From the NCBI GenBank assembly GCA_947625715.1, contig CANQPR010000001.1:1-33781 (forward strand): a stretch of DNA of 33,781 bases. Reading direction: 5' to 3'. Positions 6,995-17,831 of this stretch are shown here, piece after piece (position 1 is the stretch's first letter; each line of letters begins with the position of its first letter). The notes under the pieces are model-generated. The model saw nothing but the letters and a program-made list of their open reading frames with translations. It was not told where the DNA came from and did not search any database. This stretch comes from an uncultured Bacilli bacterium. GTDB lineage: Bacteria > Bacillota_I > Bacilli_A > RF39 > UBA660. The translations under genes were made by a program, and so were the position numbers.

Positions 6995-7259
6995 TCCAGA
7001 CATAATTTATGGACCAATTATCACTGAAAAAAGTTATGCTGAACAACAAAAAGGTATATATACTTTTAAAGTTGATAAAAGAGCAACTAAACCTCAAATT
7101 AAACATGAAATTGAAAATCATTTTGGCGTAAAAGTATTAAAAATAAATACATTAAATACTAAACCAAAAGATAAAAGAGTCGGAAAATATACCGGCAAAA
7201 CGAAAACTTATAAGAAAGCAATAGTAACCTTAGCTCAAGGTAACTCTATTGAAATGTAA
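6987..7259 (+). CDS. rplW: 50S ribosomal protein L23
   Basis: PIITEKS and YTFKVDKRATKPQIK motifs. Overlaps rplD by 8 nt. Confidence 0.95.
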   Translation: MRNPDIIYGPIITEKSYAEQQKGIYTFKVDKRATKPQIKHEIENHFGVKVLKINTLNTKPKDKRVGKYTGKTKTYKKAIVTLAQGNSIEM

Positions 7260-7271
7260 GGAGGCTAAAGA

Positions 7272-8102
7272 ATGGCAATCAGAAAATACAAGCCAACGAC
7301 TAATGGACGCCGTGGTATGTCAACCCTACAAAATGAAGAAATTACAACTAAGACTCCTACAAAATCTTTATTAAAGAAAAAAACAAAAAGTGGTGGACAT
7401 AATAATCAAGGAAAAATAACCGTTCGTCATATTGGGGGCGGAGCAAAAAGAAAATATCGTGTTATTGATTTTAAACGTAATAAATTTGGTATATCTGGTA
7501 AAGTAGCGTCAATTGAATATGATCCTAATCGTAATGCCAATATTGCTCTAATCAATTATCTTGATGGTGAAAAACGTTATATCATTGCTCCTAAAGGGTT
7601 AAAAGTGGGCATGATTATTGAAAATGGACCTGAATCAGATATAAAAGTTGGTAATGCTCTACCACTAGAAAATATTCCTGTTGGTACAGTTATTCACAAT
7701 ATTGAATTAAATCCTAAAGCTGGAGCAAGTTTATGTCGTAGTGCTGGAACTTCTGCTCAAATCTTAGGACGTGATGGCAAATATGTATTAGTTCGTTTAC
7801 AATCAGGCGAAACAAGAAAAATTCTTGGCAGTTGTATGGCAACTATAGGGGTTGTAGGTAACGAAGATTATGAATTAGTAAATCTTGGTAAAGCAGGTCG
7901 TAAAAGACATATGGGTATTCGTCCAACTAACCGTGGATCAGTTATGAACCCTAATGACCATCCACATGGTGGTGGTGAAGGACGTGCTCCAGTTGGTCGT
8001 AAAAGTCCAATGACACCATGGGGAAAACCTGCACTTGGATATAAAACTAGAAAAAATAAGAAAGCTTCTGACAAACTTATTGTTAGTCGTAGAAAGAAAT
8101 AG
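7272..8102 (+). CDS. rplB: 50S ribosomal protein L2
   Basis: [11 protein letters not shown] and [13 protein letters not shown] motifs. Confidence 0.97.
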   Translation: MAIRKYKPTTNGRRGMSTLQNEEITTKTPTKSLLKKKTKSGGHNNQGKITVRHIGGGAKRKYRVIDFKRNKFGISGKVASIEYDPNRNANIALINYLDGEKRYIIAPKGLKVGMIIENGPESDIKVGNALPLENIPVGTVIHNIELNPKAGASLCRSAGTSAQILGRDGKYVLVRLQSGETRKILGSCMATIGVVGNEDYELVNLGKAGRKRHMGIRPTNRGSVMNPNDHPHGGGEGRAPVGRKSPMTPWGKPALGYKTRKNKKASDKLIVSRRKK

Positions 8103-8110
8103 GAGGACAT

Positions 8111-8374
8111 ATGGCAAGAAGTTTAAAAAAAGGACCTTTTGCAGATGATTATCTTTTAAAAAAGGTTGATAAATTAAATGAAGAAAATAAAAAAGAAGTA
8201 ATAAAAACTTATTCTCGTCGTTCTACCATTTTCCCTAGTTTTGTTGGTCATACATTTGCAGTACATAATGGAAAAGAATTCATTCCTGTTTATGTAACTG
8301 AAGATATGGTTGGTCATAAATTAGGCGAATTTGCTCTTACACGTAAGTTCGGCGGACATGCAGGGTCAAAGTAG
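8111..8374 (+). CDS. rpsS: 30S ribosomal protein S19
   Basis: ARSLKKGPF and [10 protein letters not shown] motifs. Confidence 0.97.
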   Translation: MARSLKKGPFADDYLLKKVDKLNEENKKEVIKTYSRRSTIFPSFVGHTFAVHNGKEFIPVYVTEDMVGHKLGEFALTRKFGGHAGSK

Positions 8375-8384
8375 GAGGTATTAA

Positions 8385-8732
8385 ATGGAAACTTATGCAA
8401 TTCATAAAAATGCGATGATAGCTCCTCGAAAAGCTAGAATGACTATGGACTTAATCCGTGGCAAAAAAATAGCTGATGCCCGAGCTATCTTAGCGACAAC
8501 AAATACAAAATCAAGTAGATTAATAAGTAAAGTATTAGAAAGTGCAATTTCAAATGCAGTAAATAATTTTGAAGCTCAAGAAAATGACTTAGTTATAAAA
8601 GAATGTTATATAAATCCTGGAATGGTTTACAAAAGAATTAAATTTGCATCAAGAGGTAATGTAGATCGTCATGATAAAAGAACAAGTCATATAACTATTA
8701 AAGTAAGCGATAATAAAGGAGGCAACAACTAA
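8385..8732 (+). CDS. rplV: 50S ribosomal protein L22
   Basis: [15 protein letters not shown] motif, plus synteny. Confidence 0.95.
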   Translation: METYAIHKNAMIAPRKARMTMDLIRGKKIADARAILATTNTKSSRLISKVLESAISNAVNNFEAQENDLVIKECYINPGMVYKRIKFASRGNVDRHDKRTSHITIKVSDNKGGNN

Positions 8733-9415
8733 TGGGACAAAAAGTAAATCCTCTAGGCTACCGTTTAGGTGTCAATAAAAATTGGCAATCTAATTGGTAT
8801 GCTTCTAAAAAAGAATTTGGAACAACTTTAAATAAAGATTTAAAAATTCGTGAATATTTAAAGAAAAATTTAAAAGATGCTGCTGTTGCTTCAGTCATTA
8901 TTGAAAGAAAAAAAGGAAAATGTGAAGTAACAATCAACACGGCTAAACCAGGTGTTATAATTGGTCGTGGTGGTGAAGACATTGATCGTTTACGTAAATC
9001 ATTAGCTAAAGTTGTTAATGAAGATGTTTATGTTTCAATCGTAGACGTATCTAAACAAGCTGATTTAACCGCCCAATTAGTTGCTAACAATATTGCTATG
9101 CAAATTGAAAATCGTGCTCCATTTCGTAGTGCCCAAAAAAGAGCTATTAGAAATACAATGAAAGCTGGTGCTAAAGGTATTAAAACTTTAGTAAGTGGAC
9201 GTTTAGGCGGAGCTGAAATGGCAAGAAGTGAAGGATATAAAGAAGGAACTATTCCTCTACATACTCTTCGTTCTGATATTGATTATGCTCAAGCAGAAGC
9301 AAACACAACCTACGGAAAAATTGGCGTAAAAGTTTGGATCTATAAAGGAGAAATTCTTCCAACCAAAAAAAACGTAAAGGAGAGTGAATCTCATGTTGAT
9401 GCCAAAAAGAACTAA
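8732..9415 (+). CDS. rpsC: 30S ribosomal protein S3
   Basis: [13 protein letters not shown] and [12 protein letters not shown] motifs. The ATG shares an A with the rplV stop codon. Confidence 0.97.
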   Translation: MGQKVNPLGYRLGVNKNWQSNWYASKKEFGTTLNKDLKIREYLKKNLKDAAVASVIIERKKGKCEVTINTAKPGVIIGRGGEDIDRLRKSLAKVVNEDVYVSIVDVSKQADLTAQLVANNIAMQIENRAPFRSAQKRAIRNTMKAGAKGIKTLVSGRLGGAEMARSEGYKEGTIPLHTLRSDIDYAQAEANTTYGKIGVKVWIYKGEILPTKKNVKESESHVDAKKN

Positions 9416-9809
9416 ATATAGAAAACAACATCGTCAATCATATGAAGGACATGCAAAAGGAAATACAGAACTACATTTTGGTGAATATGGTCTAATGGCC
9501 AAAGAAGGTAACTATATAAGCTCTAGACAAATTGAAGCAGCTCGTATAGCTATGACTCGTTATATGAAACGTGGTGGAAAAGTATTTATAAACATTTTCC
9601 CACATATGCCACGTACTAAAAAACCATTAGAAACTAGACAAGGAAAAGGTAAAGGTAATGTTGAAGAGTGGGTTGCAGTAGTAAAATCTGGAAAAATCAT
9701 GTTTGAAATTTCCGGAGTTAGTGAAGAAATTGCTCGTGAAGCATTAAGACTTGCCTCACATAAATTACCAGTAAAATGTAAATTTGTTAAAAAGGAAGGT
9801 GAAATCTAA
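9393..9809 (+). CDS. rplP: 50S ribosomal protein L16
   Basis: [11 protein letters not shown] start typical of L16, with GGAG about 10 nt upstream. The ORF track begins at an upstream GTG at 9384. Confidence 0.95.
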   Translation: MLMPKRTKYRKQHRQSYEGHAKGNTELHFGEYGLMAKEGNYISSRQIEAARIAMTRYMKRGGKVFINIFPHMPRTKKPLETRQGKGKGNVEEWVAVVKSGKIMFEISGVSEEIAREALRLASHKLPVKCKFVKKEGEI

Positions 9810-10012
9810 TGAAAGCTAGTGAACTTCGTAAATTAACAACAGAAGAATTACAAGAAAAAATTAAAACTGGAAAATCAGAACTACTAGATTTACGTATGCA
9901 AAATGCTAGAGGTACGTTAGAAAAACCTAAAAAAATAAATGTCATGCGCAAAGACATTGCCAGAATGATGACGATTTTAAAAGAAAGAGAATCACTAGGA
10001 GGTAACGAATAA
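9809..10012 (+). CDS. rpmC: 50S ribosomal protein L29
   Basis: [13 protein letters not shown] motif, 67 aa, plus synteny. Confidence 0.94.
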   Translation: MKASELRKLTTEELQEKIKTGKSELLDLRMQNARGTLEKPKKINVMRKDIARMMTILKERESLGGNE

Positions 10013-10269
10013 TGGAAAATAATAAACAAGAATTAATTGGTAGAGTTGTCAGTGCCTCTCAAGATAAAACAATTACTGTTTTAGTTGAAACTCATAAAAA
10101 ACATCCATTATATGGAAAAAGAGTAAAATATTCAAAAAAATATGCTGCTCATGATGAAAAAAATATAGCAAAAGTTGGAGATACAGTAAAAATTAGAGCT
10201 ACTAGACCATTATCCAAAACCAAAAGATATGAATTAGTAGAAGTCCTAATTGAAGCTGTAATTCTATAG
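10012..10269 (+). CDS. rpsQ: 30S ribosomal protein S17
   Basis: [19 protein letters not shown] and HPLYGKRV motifs. Confidence 0.95.
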   Translation: MENNKQELIGRVVSASQDKTITVLVETHKKHPLYGKRVKYSKKYAAHDEKNIAKVGDTVKIRATRPLSKTKRYELVEVLIEAVIL

Positions 10270-10280
10270 GAGGTAATCTT

Positions 10281-10649
10281 ATGGTAATGCAAGAATCAAG
10301 ACTTAAAGTAGCCGATAATACTGGTGCTCGTGAAGTATTAGTAATTCGTTGCTTAGGTGGAAGTAAAAGAAAAACAGCCAATATAGGTGATGTCGTTGTT
10401 TGCACAGTAAAAAAAGCTATTCCAAATGGAACATTAAAAGCCGGTAAAGTAGTTAAAGCTGTTATAGTAAGAAGCGTTGAAGGTGTAAGAAGAGCTGATG
10501 GTAGTTACATTAAATTTGATGATAATGCCTGCGTAATAATTAAAGATGATAAAACACCAGTGGGAACACGTGTACTAGGACCAGTTGCTAGAGAATTAAG
10601 AGAAAAAGATTTTATGAAAATTGTTTCTTTAGCACCTGAGGTATTATAG
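10281..10649 (+). CDS. rplN: 50S ribosomal protein L14
   Basis: [17 protein letters not shown] motif. An alternative ATG at 10287 is possible. Confidence 0.96.
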   Translation: MVMQESRLKVADNTGAREVLVIRCLGGSKRKTANIGDVVVCTVKKAIPNGTLKAGKVVKAVIVRSVEGVRRADGSYIKFDDNACVIIKDDKTPVGTRVLGPVARELREKDFMKIVSLAPEVL

Positions 10650-10660
10650 GAGGTTTTAAA

Positions 10661-10927
10661 GTGAAGATAAAAGTAAATGATAATGTATTAATATTAGCTG
10701 GTAAAGACAAAGGTAAAACTGGCAAAGTTACTAAAACTTTACGCAAAAAAGACCTCGTGATAGTAGAAGGAATTAACATTGTAAAAAAACATCAAAAGCC
10801 AAACAATGCTAATGAAAATGGTGGAATTTTTGATATCGAAGCACCAATTCATGTTTCAAATGTCAAAAAAATTGAACCAGAAAAAACTAAAACAGCCAAA
10901 ACGACAAAGAAAGTAAAGAAAGATTAA
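10661..10927 (+). CDS. rplX: 50S ribosomal protein L24
   Basis: GTG start after GGAGG, KOW motif [13 protein letters not shown]. Confidence 0.94.
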   Translation: MKIKVNDNVLILAGKDKGKTGKVTKTLRKKDLVIVEGINIVKKHQKPNNANENGGIFDIEAPIHVSNVKKIEPEKTKTAKTTKKVKKD

Positions 10928-10937
10928 GGTGGGAAAT

Positions 10938-11477
10938 ATGAGTACATACAAAGAATTATATAATAAGGAAATAATTCCTGCATTAATGAAAGAATTTAAC
11001 TACAAAACGGTAATGCAAGTTCCAAAATTAGAAAAAATTGTTATTAACATAGGTGTCGGTGAAGGACACACAGACGATAAATATATTGAAGCTGCCCTTA
11101 AGGAATTAGAAACAATAACAGGTCAAAAAGCTGTTGTTACCAAAGCTCATAAATCAATTGCGGGCTTTAAAATAAGAGAAGGTCAAAGTATTGGTGTAAA
11201 AACAACTTTACGTAGCGAAAAAATGTATATATTTATGGAAAAATTAATTCGCATTGCTCTTCCTCGAGTTAGAGATTTTCGTGGTATTAGTAAAAATGCT
11301 TTCGATGGACATGGAAATTATACTTTAGGTATTAAAGAACAATTAATTTTCCCTGAAATTGAATACGATAACGTATTAAAAGTTCGTGGTATGGATATAG
11401 TATTCGTTACTACAGCTAATACAAACGAAGAAGCTAAGGCATTACTTGCACACTTTAAAATGCCTTTCAAAAGATAG
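10938..11477 (+). CDS. rplE: 50S ribosomal protein L5
   Basis: [12 protein letters not shown] and RDFRGIS motifs. ATG at 10938 follows AAGGTGGG. The ORF track starts at a GTG at 10929 that lies inside the RBS. Confidence 0.95.
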   Translation: MSTYKELYNKEIIPALMKEFNYKTVMQVPKLEKIVINIGVGEGHTDDKYIEAALKELETITGQKAVVTKAHKSIAGFKIREGQSIGVKTTLRSEKMYIFMEKLIRIALPRVRDFRGISKNAFDGHGNYTLGIKEQLIFPEIEYDNVLKVRGMDIVFVTTANTNEEAKALLAHFKMPFKR

Positions 11478-11486
11478 GAGGACACT

Positions 11487-11672
11487 ATGGCAAGAACTAG
11501 TTTAAAAGTTAAACAATCTCGCAAACCAAAGTTTAGCACTCGTGCTTATACTCGTTGTGAAAGATGTGGAAGACCTCATGGTGTTCTACGAAAATACCAT
11601 TTATGCCGTATTTGCTTCAGAGAATTAGCTAATAAAGGCGAAATTCCTGGCGTAAAGAAAGCTAGTTGGTAG
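11487..11672 (+). CDS. rpsN: 30S ribosomal protein S14, zinc-binding type Z (61 aa)
   Basis: [25 protein letters not shown], a CxxC...CxxC pattern. Confidence 0.96.
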   Translation: MARTSLKVKQSRKPKFSTRAYTRCERCGRPHGVLRKYHLCRICFRELANKGEIPGVKKASW

Positions 11673-11689
11673 GAAGGAGGAATTTACAT

Positions 11690-12085
11690 ATGGTAAATGA
11701 TAAAATAGCCGATATGCTTACAAGAATTCGTAATGCAAACCAATTAAAATATGAAAAAGTTGAAGTAATTGGAACAAAAATGACTTTAGAAATTGCAAAA
11801 ATTTTAAAACGAGAAGGTTATATTTTAGAATATGAATATATTAAAGGAACAAATGGTGATAAATTAATTCTTTCTCTAAAATATGGAGATAAAAAAGAGC
11901 GCGTTATTACAGGGTTAAAAAGAATTAGTAAATCTGGCTTACGAGTTTATGCTAAATGTGAAGAAATTCCTCGCGTTTTAAATGGATTAGGAATCGCTAT
12001 TATCTCTACTTCTAAAGGCTTAATGACCGATAAAGAAGCAAGAGCCCAAAAGTTAGGAGGCGAAGTACTTGCCTATATTTGGTAA
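11690..12085 (+). CDS. rpsH: 30S ribosomal protein S8
   Basis: [13 protein letters not shown] motif. ATG at 11690 follows GGAGG. The ORF track start at 11666 overlaps the end of rpsN. Confidence 0.95.
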   Translation: MVNDKIADMLTRIRNANQLKYEKVEVIGTKMTLEIAKILKREGYILEYEYIKGTNGDKLILSLKYGDKKERVITGLKRISKSGLRVYAKCEEIPRVLNGLGIAIISTSKGLMTDKEARAQKLGGEVLAYIW

Positions 12086-12094
12086 GGAAAATTT

Positions 12095-12634
12095 ATGAGT
12101 AGAATTGCAAATCGTAAATTAACTATACCAACTGGTGTAGAAGTAAGTTTTACCAATCAAATACTTACAGCCAAATCTAACAAAGGTCAAAAAGAATTAA
12201 ATGTTGATAAATTAGTCGATGTTAAAATAAATGACAATCAAATTACAACAGTATATGATGCTTCAAATGATCGTGCTAATGTCATAGCAGGAACAATGAA
12301 TTCATTAATCGAAAATATTTTGATTGGCTTAAGTGAAGGATATACCAAAGATTTAGAAATCGTCGGTGTTGGATATCGTTTTAATGTCCAAGGAAATAAA
12401 ATAATAATTAATGCTGGATATTCTCATCCTGTTGAAATGATAGTACCTCAAGGTATAACTGCTAAATTAATAAACAATAATGAAATATCTTTAAGTGGTA
12501 TAGAAAAACAACAATTAAACCAATTTGCGGCTGATATAAGAAACGTAAGAGCTCCAGAACCTTATAAAGGTAAAGGAATTCGTTACAAAGGCGAATATAT
12601 CCGTCGTAAAGAAGGTAAGAAAGCTGCTAAATAA
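12095..12634 (+). CDS. rplF: 50S ribosomal protein L6
   Basis: [14 protein letters not shown] and [11 protein letters not shown] motifs. Confidence 0.96.
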   Translation: MSRIANRKLTIPTGVEVSFTNQILTAKSNKGQKELNVDKLVDVKINDNQITTVYDASNDRANVIAGTMNSLIENILIGLSEGYTKDLEIVGVGYRFNVQGNKIIINAGYSHPVEMIVPQGITAKLINNNEISLSGIEKQQLNQFAADIRNVRAPEPYKGKGIRYKGEYIRRKEGKKAAK

Positions 12635-12648
12635 GTGAGGTTATAAAA

Positions 12649-13002
12649 ATGATAAAAAAACAATCAACTAATAATGCACGTCTAAGACGTCACAAAAGAG
12701 TTAGAAAAACAATAAGTGGAAACGCAACTCGTCCAAGATTAAATGTATTTCGTTCAAATAAAGAAATCTACGTTCAAGTTATTGACGATGAAAAAGGAAT
12801 CACTTTAGCTAGCTCTTCATCAAAAATTTTAAAAGTAGATGGTGGCAATATCAAAGGGGCTCAAGCAGTAGGTAAAGATATTGCTCAAAAATGTATTAAA
12901 CAAAAAATTAAAACAGTCGTATTTGATAGAGGTGGATACTTATATCATGGACGTGTTCAAGCCCTAGGTGAAGCGGCACGTGAAAACGGCTTAGAGTTTT
13001 AG
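12649..13002 (+). CDS. rplR: 50S ribosomal protein L18
   Basis: [14 protein letters not shown] and [15 protein letters not shown] motifs. Confidence 0.96.
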   Translation: MIKKQSTNNARLRRHKRVRKTISGNATRPRLNVFRSNKEIYVQVIDDEKGITLASSSSKILKVDGGNIKGAQAVGKDIAQKCIKQKIKTVVFDRGGYLYHGRVQALGEAARENGLEF

Positions 13003-13013
13003 GAGGAAAAGTA

Positions 13014-13520
13014 ATGGCAAGAAGAGAAAATGTAGATCCAAGAAAAAAATTATTGGAAGAAAAAGTTATCAACTTAAGCCGAGTTACCAAAGTAACTAAA
13101 GGTGGAAGACATTTTCGTTTTTCAGCAACAGTCGTAGTTGGTAATCGAAAAGGCTTAGTAGGAATTGGTACAAGTAAAGCAAACGAAGTAAATGATGCTA
13201 TTGCAAAAGCAAGTAAAGCTGCAAACAAAAATGTAATTCGTGTAGCTATTGAAGATAACCGAACTATTCCTCATGAAGCTACCGGAAAAATTGGTCGAGC
13301 TGTAGTAATGGTAAAACCTGCTAAAGAAGGTACCGGAGTAATTGCAGGTGGAGCAGCAAGAGCTGTTTTAGAATTAGCCGGAATCAAAGATATTGTTTCC
13401 AAAAGTTTAGGAAGCAACACCAAAGTAAACGTTGCCAAAGCTACTTTAGAAGCCTTAAAATCAATACGTACTCCAGCTAAAATTGCTGCTTTACGTGGTA
13501 AGAAAGTAGAGGAATTGTAA
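13014..13520 (+). CDS. rpsE: 30S ribosomal protein S5
   Basis: [21 protein letters not shown] motif. Confidence 0.96.
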   Translation: MARRENVDPRKKLLEEKVINLSRVTKVTKGGRHFRFSATVVVGNRKGLVGIGTSKANEVNDAIAKASKAANKNVIRVAIEDNRTIPHEATGKIGRAVVMVKPAKEGTGVIAGGAARAVLELAGIKDIVSKSLGSNTKVNVAKATLEALKSIRTPAKIAALRGKKVEEL

Positions 13521-13521
13521 T

Positions 13522-13965
13522 ATGAGATTAGAAAGTTTACCAAAATCAAACGAATTAAAAACAAGAAAACGTGTTGGCCGTGGACCAGGTTCTGGAATGG
13601 GCAAAACTTCTACTCATGGTGAAAAAGGCCAAAAAGCAAGAAGTGGCGCTAGCATCTCTGCATGGTTCCAAGGTGGACAATCACCATTATATCGTCGTTT
13701 ACCAAAACGTGGTTTTAATAACACTCGTTTTCAAACTAAATATGCAATTATTAACTTAAGCGATATTGATAAAAATTTTAAAGATGGCGATGTTATAACA
13801 CCAGAAGTATTAAAAGAAAGAAAAATTATCAAAAAACAACTAAATGGTGTCAAAGTTTTAGCTAATGGAGAATTAACTAAAAAAGTTACTGTTAAAGCTC
13901 AAAGATTTTCAAGCATTGCTGTTTCTAAAATAGAAGCTGCTGGTGGAAAAACTGAGGTGATTTAA
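13522..13965 (+). CDS. rplO: 50S ribosomal protein L15
   Basis: RVGRGPGSGMGKTSTHGEKGQKARSG motif. It starts 1 nt after the rpsE stop, leaving no room for an L30 gene. Confidence 0.96.
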   Translation: MRLESLPKSNELKTRKRVGRGPGSGMGKTSTHGEKGQKARSGASISAWFQGGQSPLYRRLPKRGFNNTRFQTKYAIINLSDIDKNFKDGDVITPEVLKERKIIKKQLNGVKVLANGELTKKVTVKAQRFSSIAVSKIEAAGGKTEVI

Positions 13966-13966
13966 T

Positions 13967-15238
13967 ATGACCGCAAAGTCTTTAAAACTATTTTCTAAAG
14001 ACGCCAAAGATTTAAGAAAAAGAATCGGTTTTACTCTATTATGTTTAGGGTTATATTGCCTAGGAACTGGTATAACAATCGTATGGGCAGCTCCATGGTT
14101 AGAAACTTTATATGGCAATTTAGGATTTATGGGTATTTTCAATCTTATGAGTGGTGGCGGATTTGATAGATTTAGTATCTTTGGATTAGGAGTAACTCCT
14201 TACATAAGTGCATCAATAGTTACGCAATTATTACAAATGGATATTATTCCTTATTTTAAAGAATTAAAAGAACAAGGATATGTTGGACAACAAAAAATGA
14301 ATCGCATCACTAGATACTTAGGAATTATCCTAGCATTTGTTCAATCATATATGTTGACCGTATTCTTATTAAAAGTAAATGATGTTAGCATGGTCTTAAA
14401 AATATCATTAATAATGACCGCTGGAACTTCCTTTTTACTGTGGTTAGGTGATAAAATAACCGAAAAAGGAATTGGTAATGGCCAATCACTATTAATTATG
14501 GCTAGTATTGTTTTAAGCTTACCAGCCGTATTCACCGGGTCATTTAATGCCTTCATTACATCAGGTACCCATGAATTATGGGCCGGAATAATTTTTTACA
14601 TAGCCTATATTATCATGTATCTACTTGTAATAATTGGCATTGTGTGGATAACTTTAGCGGAAAGAAAAATACCAATTCAATACGCTAATAAAACCGTTAG
14701 TGCTTATGGTGCTAAACAAAGTTATTTACCATTAAAAATAAATTATGCTGGAGTAATGCCTGTAATATTTGCATCAATGTTATTAACTATTCCATCCATA
14801 ATTGTCAATATCATCGGTAATGAAACTGCTATAAATTTTGTTAATAACTACATTTTATACACATCACCAGTTGGCTTTATTATCTATATAGCTTTAATAG
14901 TATTCTTTAGTTATTTTTATACTTTTATGGCAATGAATCCTGATGAAATGAGTAAAGATTTAAATAAAAGTGGAGCATACATCCCTGGTGTAAGACCTGG
15001 AAAAGAAACATCTACGTATATAAGTAAAATAGTTGGTCGTCTAACACTAGTTGGTGCATTCTTCATAGCCGTTTTAGCTGGCATGCCTATTTTAATATCA
15101 AGTGTAACTGGTTTAGATCAAAGTGCAGCTATTGGTGGTACCGGAATATTAATCGTTGTTGGTGTTGCCATCGAAACCTTTAAGCAAATAGAAAGTGGAC
15201 TTGTAAGTAGAAGATACGTTAAACGGAGATCAAGATAA
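13967..15238 (+). CDS. secY: Preprotein translocase subunit SecY
   Basis: A 423-aa polytopic protein with the FSIFGLGVTPYISASIVTQLL motif, plus synteny. Confidence 0.96.
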   Translation: MTAKSLKLFSKDAKDLRKRIGFTLLCLGLYCLGTGITIVWAAPWLETLYGNLGFMGIFNLMSGGGFDRFSIFGLGVTPYISASIVTQLLQMDIIPYFKELKEQGYVGQQKMNRITRYLGIILAFVQSYMLTVFLLKVNDVSMVLKISLIMTAGTSFLLWLGDKITEKGIGNGQSLLIMASIVLSLPAVFTGSFNAFITSGTHELWAGIIFYIAYIIMYLLVIIGIVWITLAERKIPIQYANKTVSAYGAKQSYLPLKINYAGVMPVIFASMLLTIPSIIVNIIGNETAINFVNNYILYTSPVGFIIYIALIVFFSYFYTFMAMNPDEMSKDLNKSGAYIPGVRPGKETSTYISKIVGRLTLVGAFFIAVLAGMPILISSVTGLDQSAAIGGTGILIVVGVAIETFKQIESGLVSRRYVKRRSR

Positions 15239-15879
15239 TGAAAAATGTCATTTTTCTTGCTCCGCCAGCATCAGGCAAAGGTACCTTTAGTGATTATTTA
15301 ATAAAAAAACATAATTACAATCATCTATCAACGGGTAATATTTTAAGACAAAAAGCTTTAACTGATTCTAGCTTAGCAAGCTATTTACAAACTGGAGAGT
15401 TAGTTGATGATGACACTATCTTAAATCTTGTAAAAGAAAATTTATCAATGACCAATGATAAACCCTTTATTTTAGATGGGGTACCAAGAACTTTAAACCA
15501 AGCCTTAAAATTAAATGATATTATTGATGAAGAAACCTGGCAAAATACGGTTGTCATTCTAATCGTTGTAAAAGAAAGTTTGTTAAAAGAAAGAATAATA
15601 AATCGCTTTTTTTGCCCCAATTGTGGAGCAACATATAACAGTTCTATAGAATCGTTAAAACCGAAAATAAAAGATACCTGTGATATATGTAACACCTTAC
15701 TTATTAAACGAAGTGATGATAATTTAAATACTTATAACGAAAGATATCAAAGTTATTTAAAAGATACTTATCCACTTATTAAATATTATGAAGAAAAACA
15801 TTTATTAAAAAGAATTAATAATGAAGATGCTGATATATCAAAAGCCTTACAAATGTTAGAAGGTGTTATAAATGATTAA
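15238..15879 (+). CDS. adk: Adenylate kinase (zinc-lid type)
   Basis: P-loop APPASGKGT, and lid CPNCGATYN...CDICNTLL. Confidence 0.93.
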   Translation: MKNVIFLAPPASGKGTFSDYLIKKHNYNHLSTGNILRQKALTDSSLASYLQTGELVDDDTILNLVKENLSMTNDKPFILDGVPRTLNQALKLNDIIDEETWQNTVVILIVVKESLLKERIINRFFCPNCGATYNSSIESLKPKIKDTCDICNTLLIKRSDDNLNTYNERYQSYLKDTYPLIKYYEEKHLLKRINNEDADISKALQMLEGVIND

Positions 15880-16618
15880 TATTCGTAGTGAACGAGAAAT
15901 AGCTTTAATAAAAGAAGCTGGACATATTAATTTCTTAGCCCATGAATATATAGAACAATTTTTAAAACCAGGTATAACAACTAAAGAAATAGATGAGAAA
16001 ATTAATGATTTTGTAACTAAACATGGTGGTATATGTTCGTGCTATCAATATGAAGGTTTTCCTGGCTATTCGTGTATAAGTATCAACGATGAAGTTGTCC
16101 ATGGCATACCAGGAAAAAGGAAAATCAAAAATGGTGATATTGTTAAATTAGATTTTACCGTTCGTAAAAATGGTTATGAAAGTGATATGACAAAGACTTA
16201 TATTATTGGAACTGTCCCAAAAGAAATTGAAAATCTTGTTATCAACACCAAAAAAGCTTTATATGAAGGACTAAAAGTTATAAAAGCTGGAAATAAAATC
16301 GGTGATATTGGCTATGCTATTAGTTCTTATGCCCATAAATGCGGATTAAGTGTTGTAACAGAGCTTGTAGGTCATGGAATAGGAAGTGACATGCATGAAG
16401 AACCCGAAGTTCCTAATTTTGGTGAAAAAAACACCGGAAAAACTTTAAAAAGTGGCATGGTTTTAGCAATTGAACCAATGTTAAACCTAGGAAGTAAAGA
16501 AGTATACATGCTTGATAATAACTGGACTATAAAAACAGATGACGAAAGTTATTCAGCACATTTTGAACATACCATTGTCGTTAGAGAAAATGGTTGTGAA
16601 ATATTAACAGGAGAATAA
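15872..16618 (+). CDS. map: Type I methionine aminopeptidase
   Basis: VVHGIPG, GHGIGSDMHEEP, IEPMLN and AHFEHT motifs. Overlaps adk by 8 nt. Confidence 0.95.
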   Translation: MINIRSEREIALIKEAGHINFLAHEYIEQFLKPGITTKEIDEKINDFVTKHGGICSCYQYEGFPGYSCISINDEVVHGIPGKRKIKNGDIVKLDFTVRKNGYESDMTKTYIIGTVPKEIENLVINTKKALYEGLKVIKAGNKIGDIGYAISSYAHKCGLSVVTELVGHGIGSDMHEEPEVPNFGEKNTGKTLKSGMVLAIEPMLNLGSKEVYMLDNNWTIKTDDESYSAHFEHTIVVRENGCEILTGE

Positions 16619-16621
16619 AAT

Positions 16622-16903
16622 ATGGTGAAAAAAAATTTTAAAAAAAATATGCAAGCAAAAAATGCTACCAAAAAGACTACTAATTCTACAAAAAGTGATA
16701 AACTTGAAGTAGAAGGAAAAGTCATTGATGAAATAAAAGGTGGAGGATACATAGTAGAACTTACTAATGGCCATACTGTAGAAGCCTACGTTTCTGGGAA
16801 AATGCGAGTGAATATGATTCGTGTCTTTCCAGGCGATACAGTTATGGTAGAACTTTCTCCTTATGATTTAAAACGTGGGCGTATAACATGGAATAAAAGA
16901 TAA
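16622..16903 (+). CDS. infA: Translation initiation factor IF-1 with a Lys-rich N-terminal extension of about 20 aa
   Basis: GHTVEAYVSGKMRVNMIRVFPGDTVMVELSPYDLKRGRITW core. GGAG lies 8 nt before ATG 16622. Confidence 0.92.
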   Translation: MVKKNFKKNMQAKNATKKTTNSTKSDKLEVEGKVIDEIKGGGYIVELTNGHTVEAYVSGKMRVNMIRVFPGDTVMVELSPYDLKRGRITWNKR

Positions 16904-16915
16904 TGGAGGTATATT

Positions 16916-17032
16916 ATGAAAGTAAGAGCGTCAGTAAAACCAATTTGTAACAAATGTAAAATTATCAAAAGAAATGGAAAAGTAATGGTTATTTGTGAAA
17001 ATCCAAAACACAAACAAAGACAAGGTAAATAG
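16916..17032 (+). CDS. rpmJ: 50S ribosomal protein L36 (38 aa; below the ORF track cutoff)
   Basis: Hand translation gives [46 protein letters not shown] at 16905-16909. Confidence 0.95.
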   Translation: MKVRASVKPICNKCKIIKRNGKVMVICENPKHKQRQGK

Positions 17033-17041
17033 GAGGATATT

Positions 17042-17416
17042 ATGGCAAGAATTAAAAATATTGAATTACCAAATGAAAAACATATATGTATTGGTTTAAC
17101 CGCAATATATGGAATTGGTAGAAGCAAAGCTTTAGAAATTTGCAACAATGCAAAAGTAGAAAGTAAAAAGAAAGTTAAAGATTTAACTGATGAAGAAATT
17201 CAAAGATTAAGAAAAGAAGTTGATAACAATTTAGTTGAAGGAGACTTACGTCGGGAAGTATCAATGAACATCAAAGGTAAAATGGAAATCAACTGTTATC
17301 AAGGAGTTCGTCATAAAAAAGGACTTCCTGTTCGTGGTCAAAGAACTAGTCGAAATGCTCGTACCAGAAAAGGTAGAGGAAAAGTAGTTGCAAATAAGAA
17401 AAAAGCAGGAAAGTAG
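17042..17416 (+). CDS. rpsM: 30S ribosomal protein S13
   Basis: [26 protein letters not shown] motif. Confidence 0.96.
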   Translation: MARIKNIELPNEKHICIGLTAIYGIGRSKALEICNNAKVESKKKVKDLTDEEIQRLRKEVDNNLVEGDLRREVSMNIKGKMEINCYQGVRHKKGLPVRGQRTSRNARTRKGRGKVVANKKKAGK

Positions 17417-17429
17417 GAGGTAAATAATT

Positions 17430-17813
17430 ATGGCATATAACAGAAGAAAAAGAAAAGTTAAAAAGAATATTCCTGAGGCAATTGCCCACATCAAATCAAA
17501 CTATAATAATACCATTGTATCAATTACTGATAAAGATGGAAATTTAATTAGTTGGGCATCAAGTGGTACAGTTGGTTACAAAGGAAGTAAAAAGAAAACT
17601 CCTTATGCGGCTGGTTTAGCTGCTGAAGCTGCTGGTAAATCAGCAATGGAAAGTGGAGTTAAAAAAGTAGAAGTTTTAACCAAAGGCTTAGGAGCCGGAA
17701 GAGAAAACGCTATTCGATCACTACAAGCAGTTGGTCTTGAAGTTACAAGTATTTCTGATGAAACACCAGTTCCACACAATGGCTGTCGTCCACCAAAAAG
17801 ACCAAGAAATTAA
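17430..17813 (+). CDS. rpsK: 30S ribosomal protein S11
   Basis: [16 protein letters not shown] and [12 protein letters not shown] motifs. Confidence 0.96.
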   Translation: MAYNRRKRKVKKNIPEAIAHIKSNYNNTIVSITDKDGNLISWASSGTVGYKGSKKKTPYAAGLAAEAAGKSAMESGVKKVEVLTKGLGAGRENAIRSLQAVGLEVTSISDETPVPHNGCRPPKRPRN

Positions 17814-17831
17814 TGAGGGGAGAAATTAATA

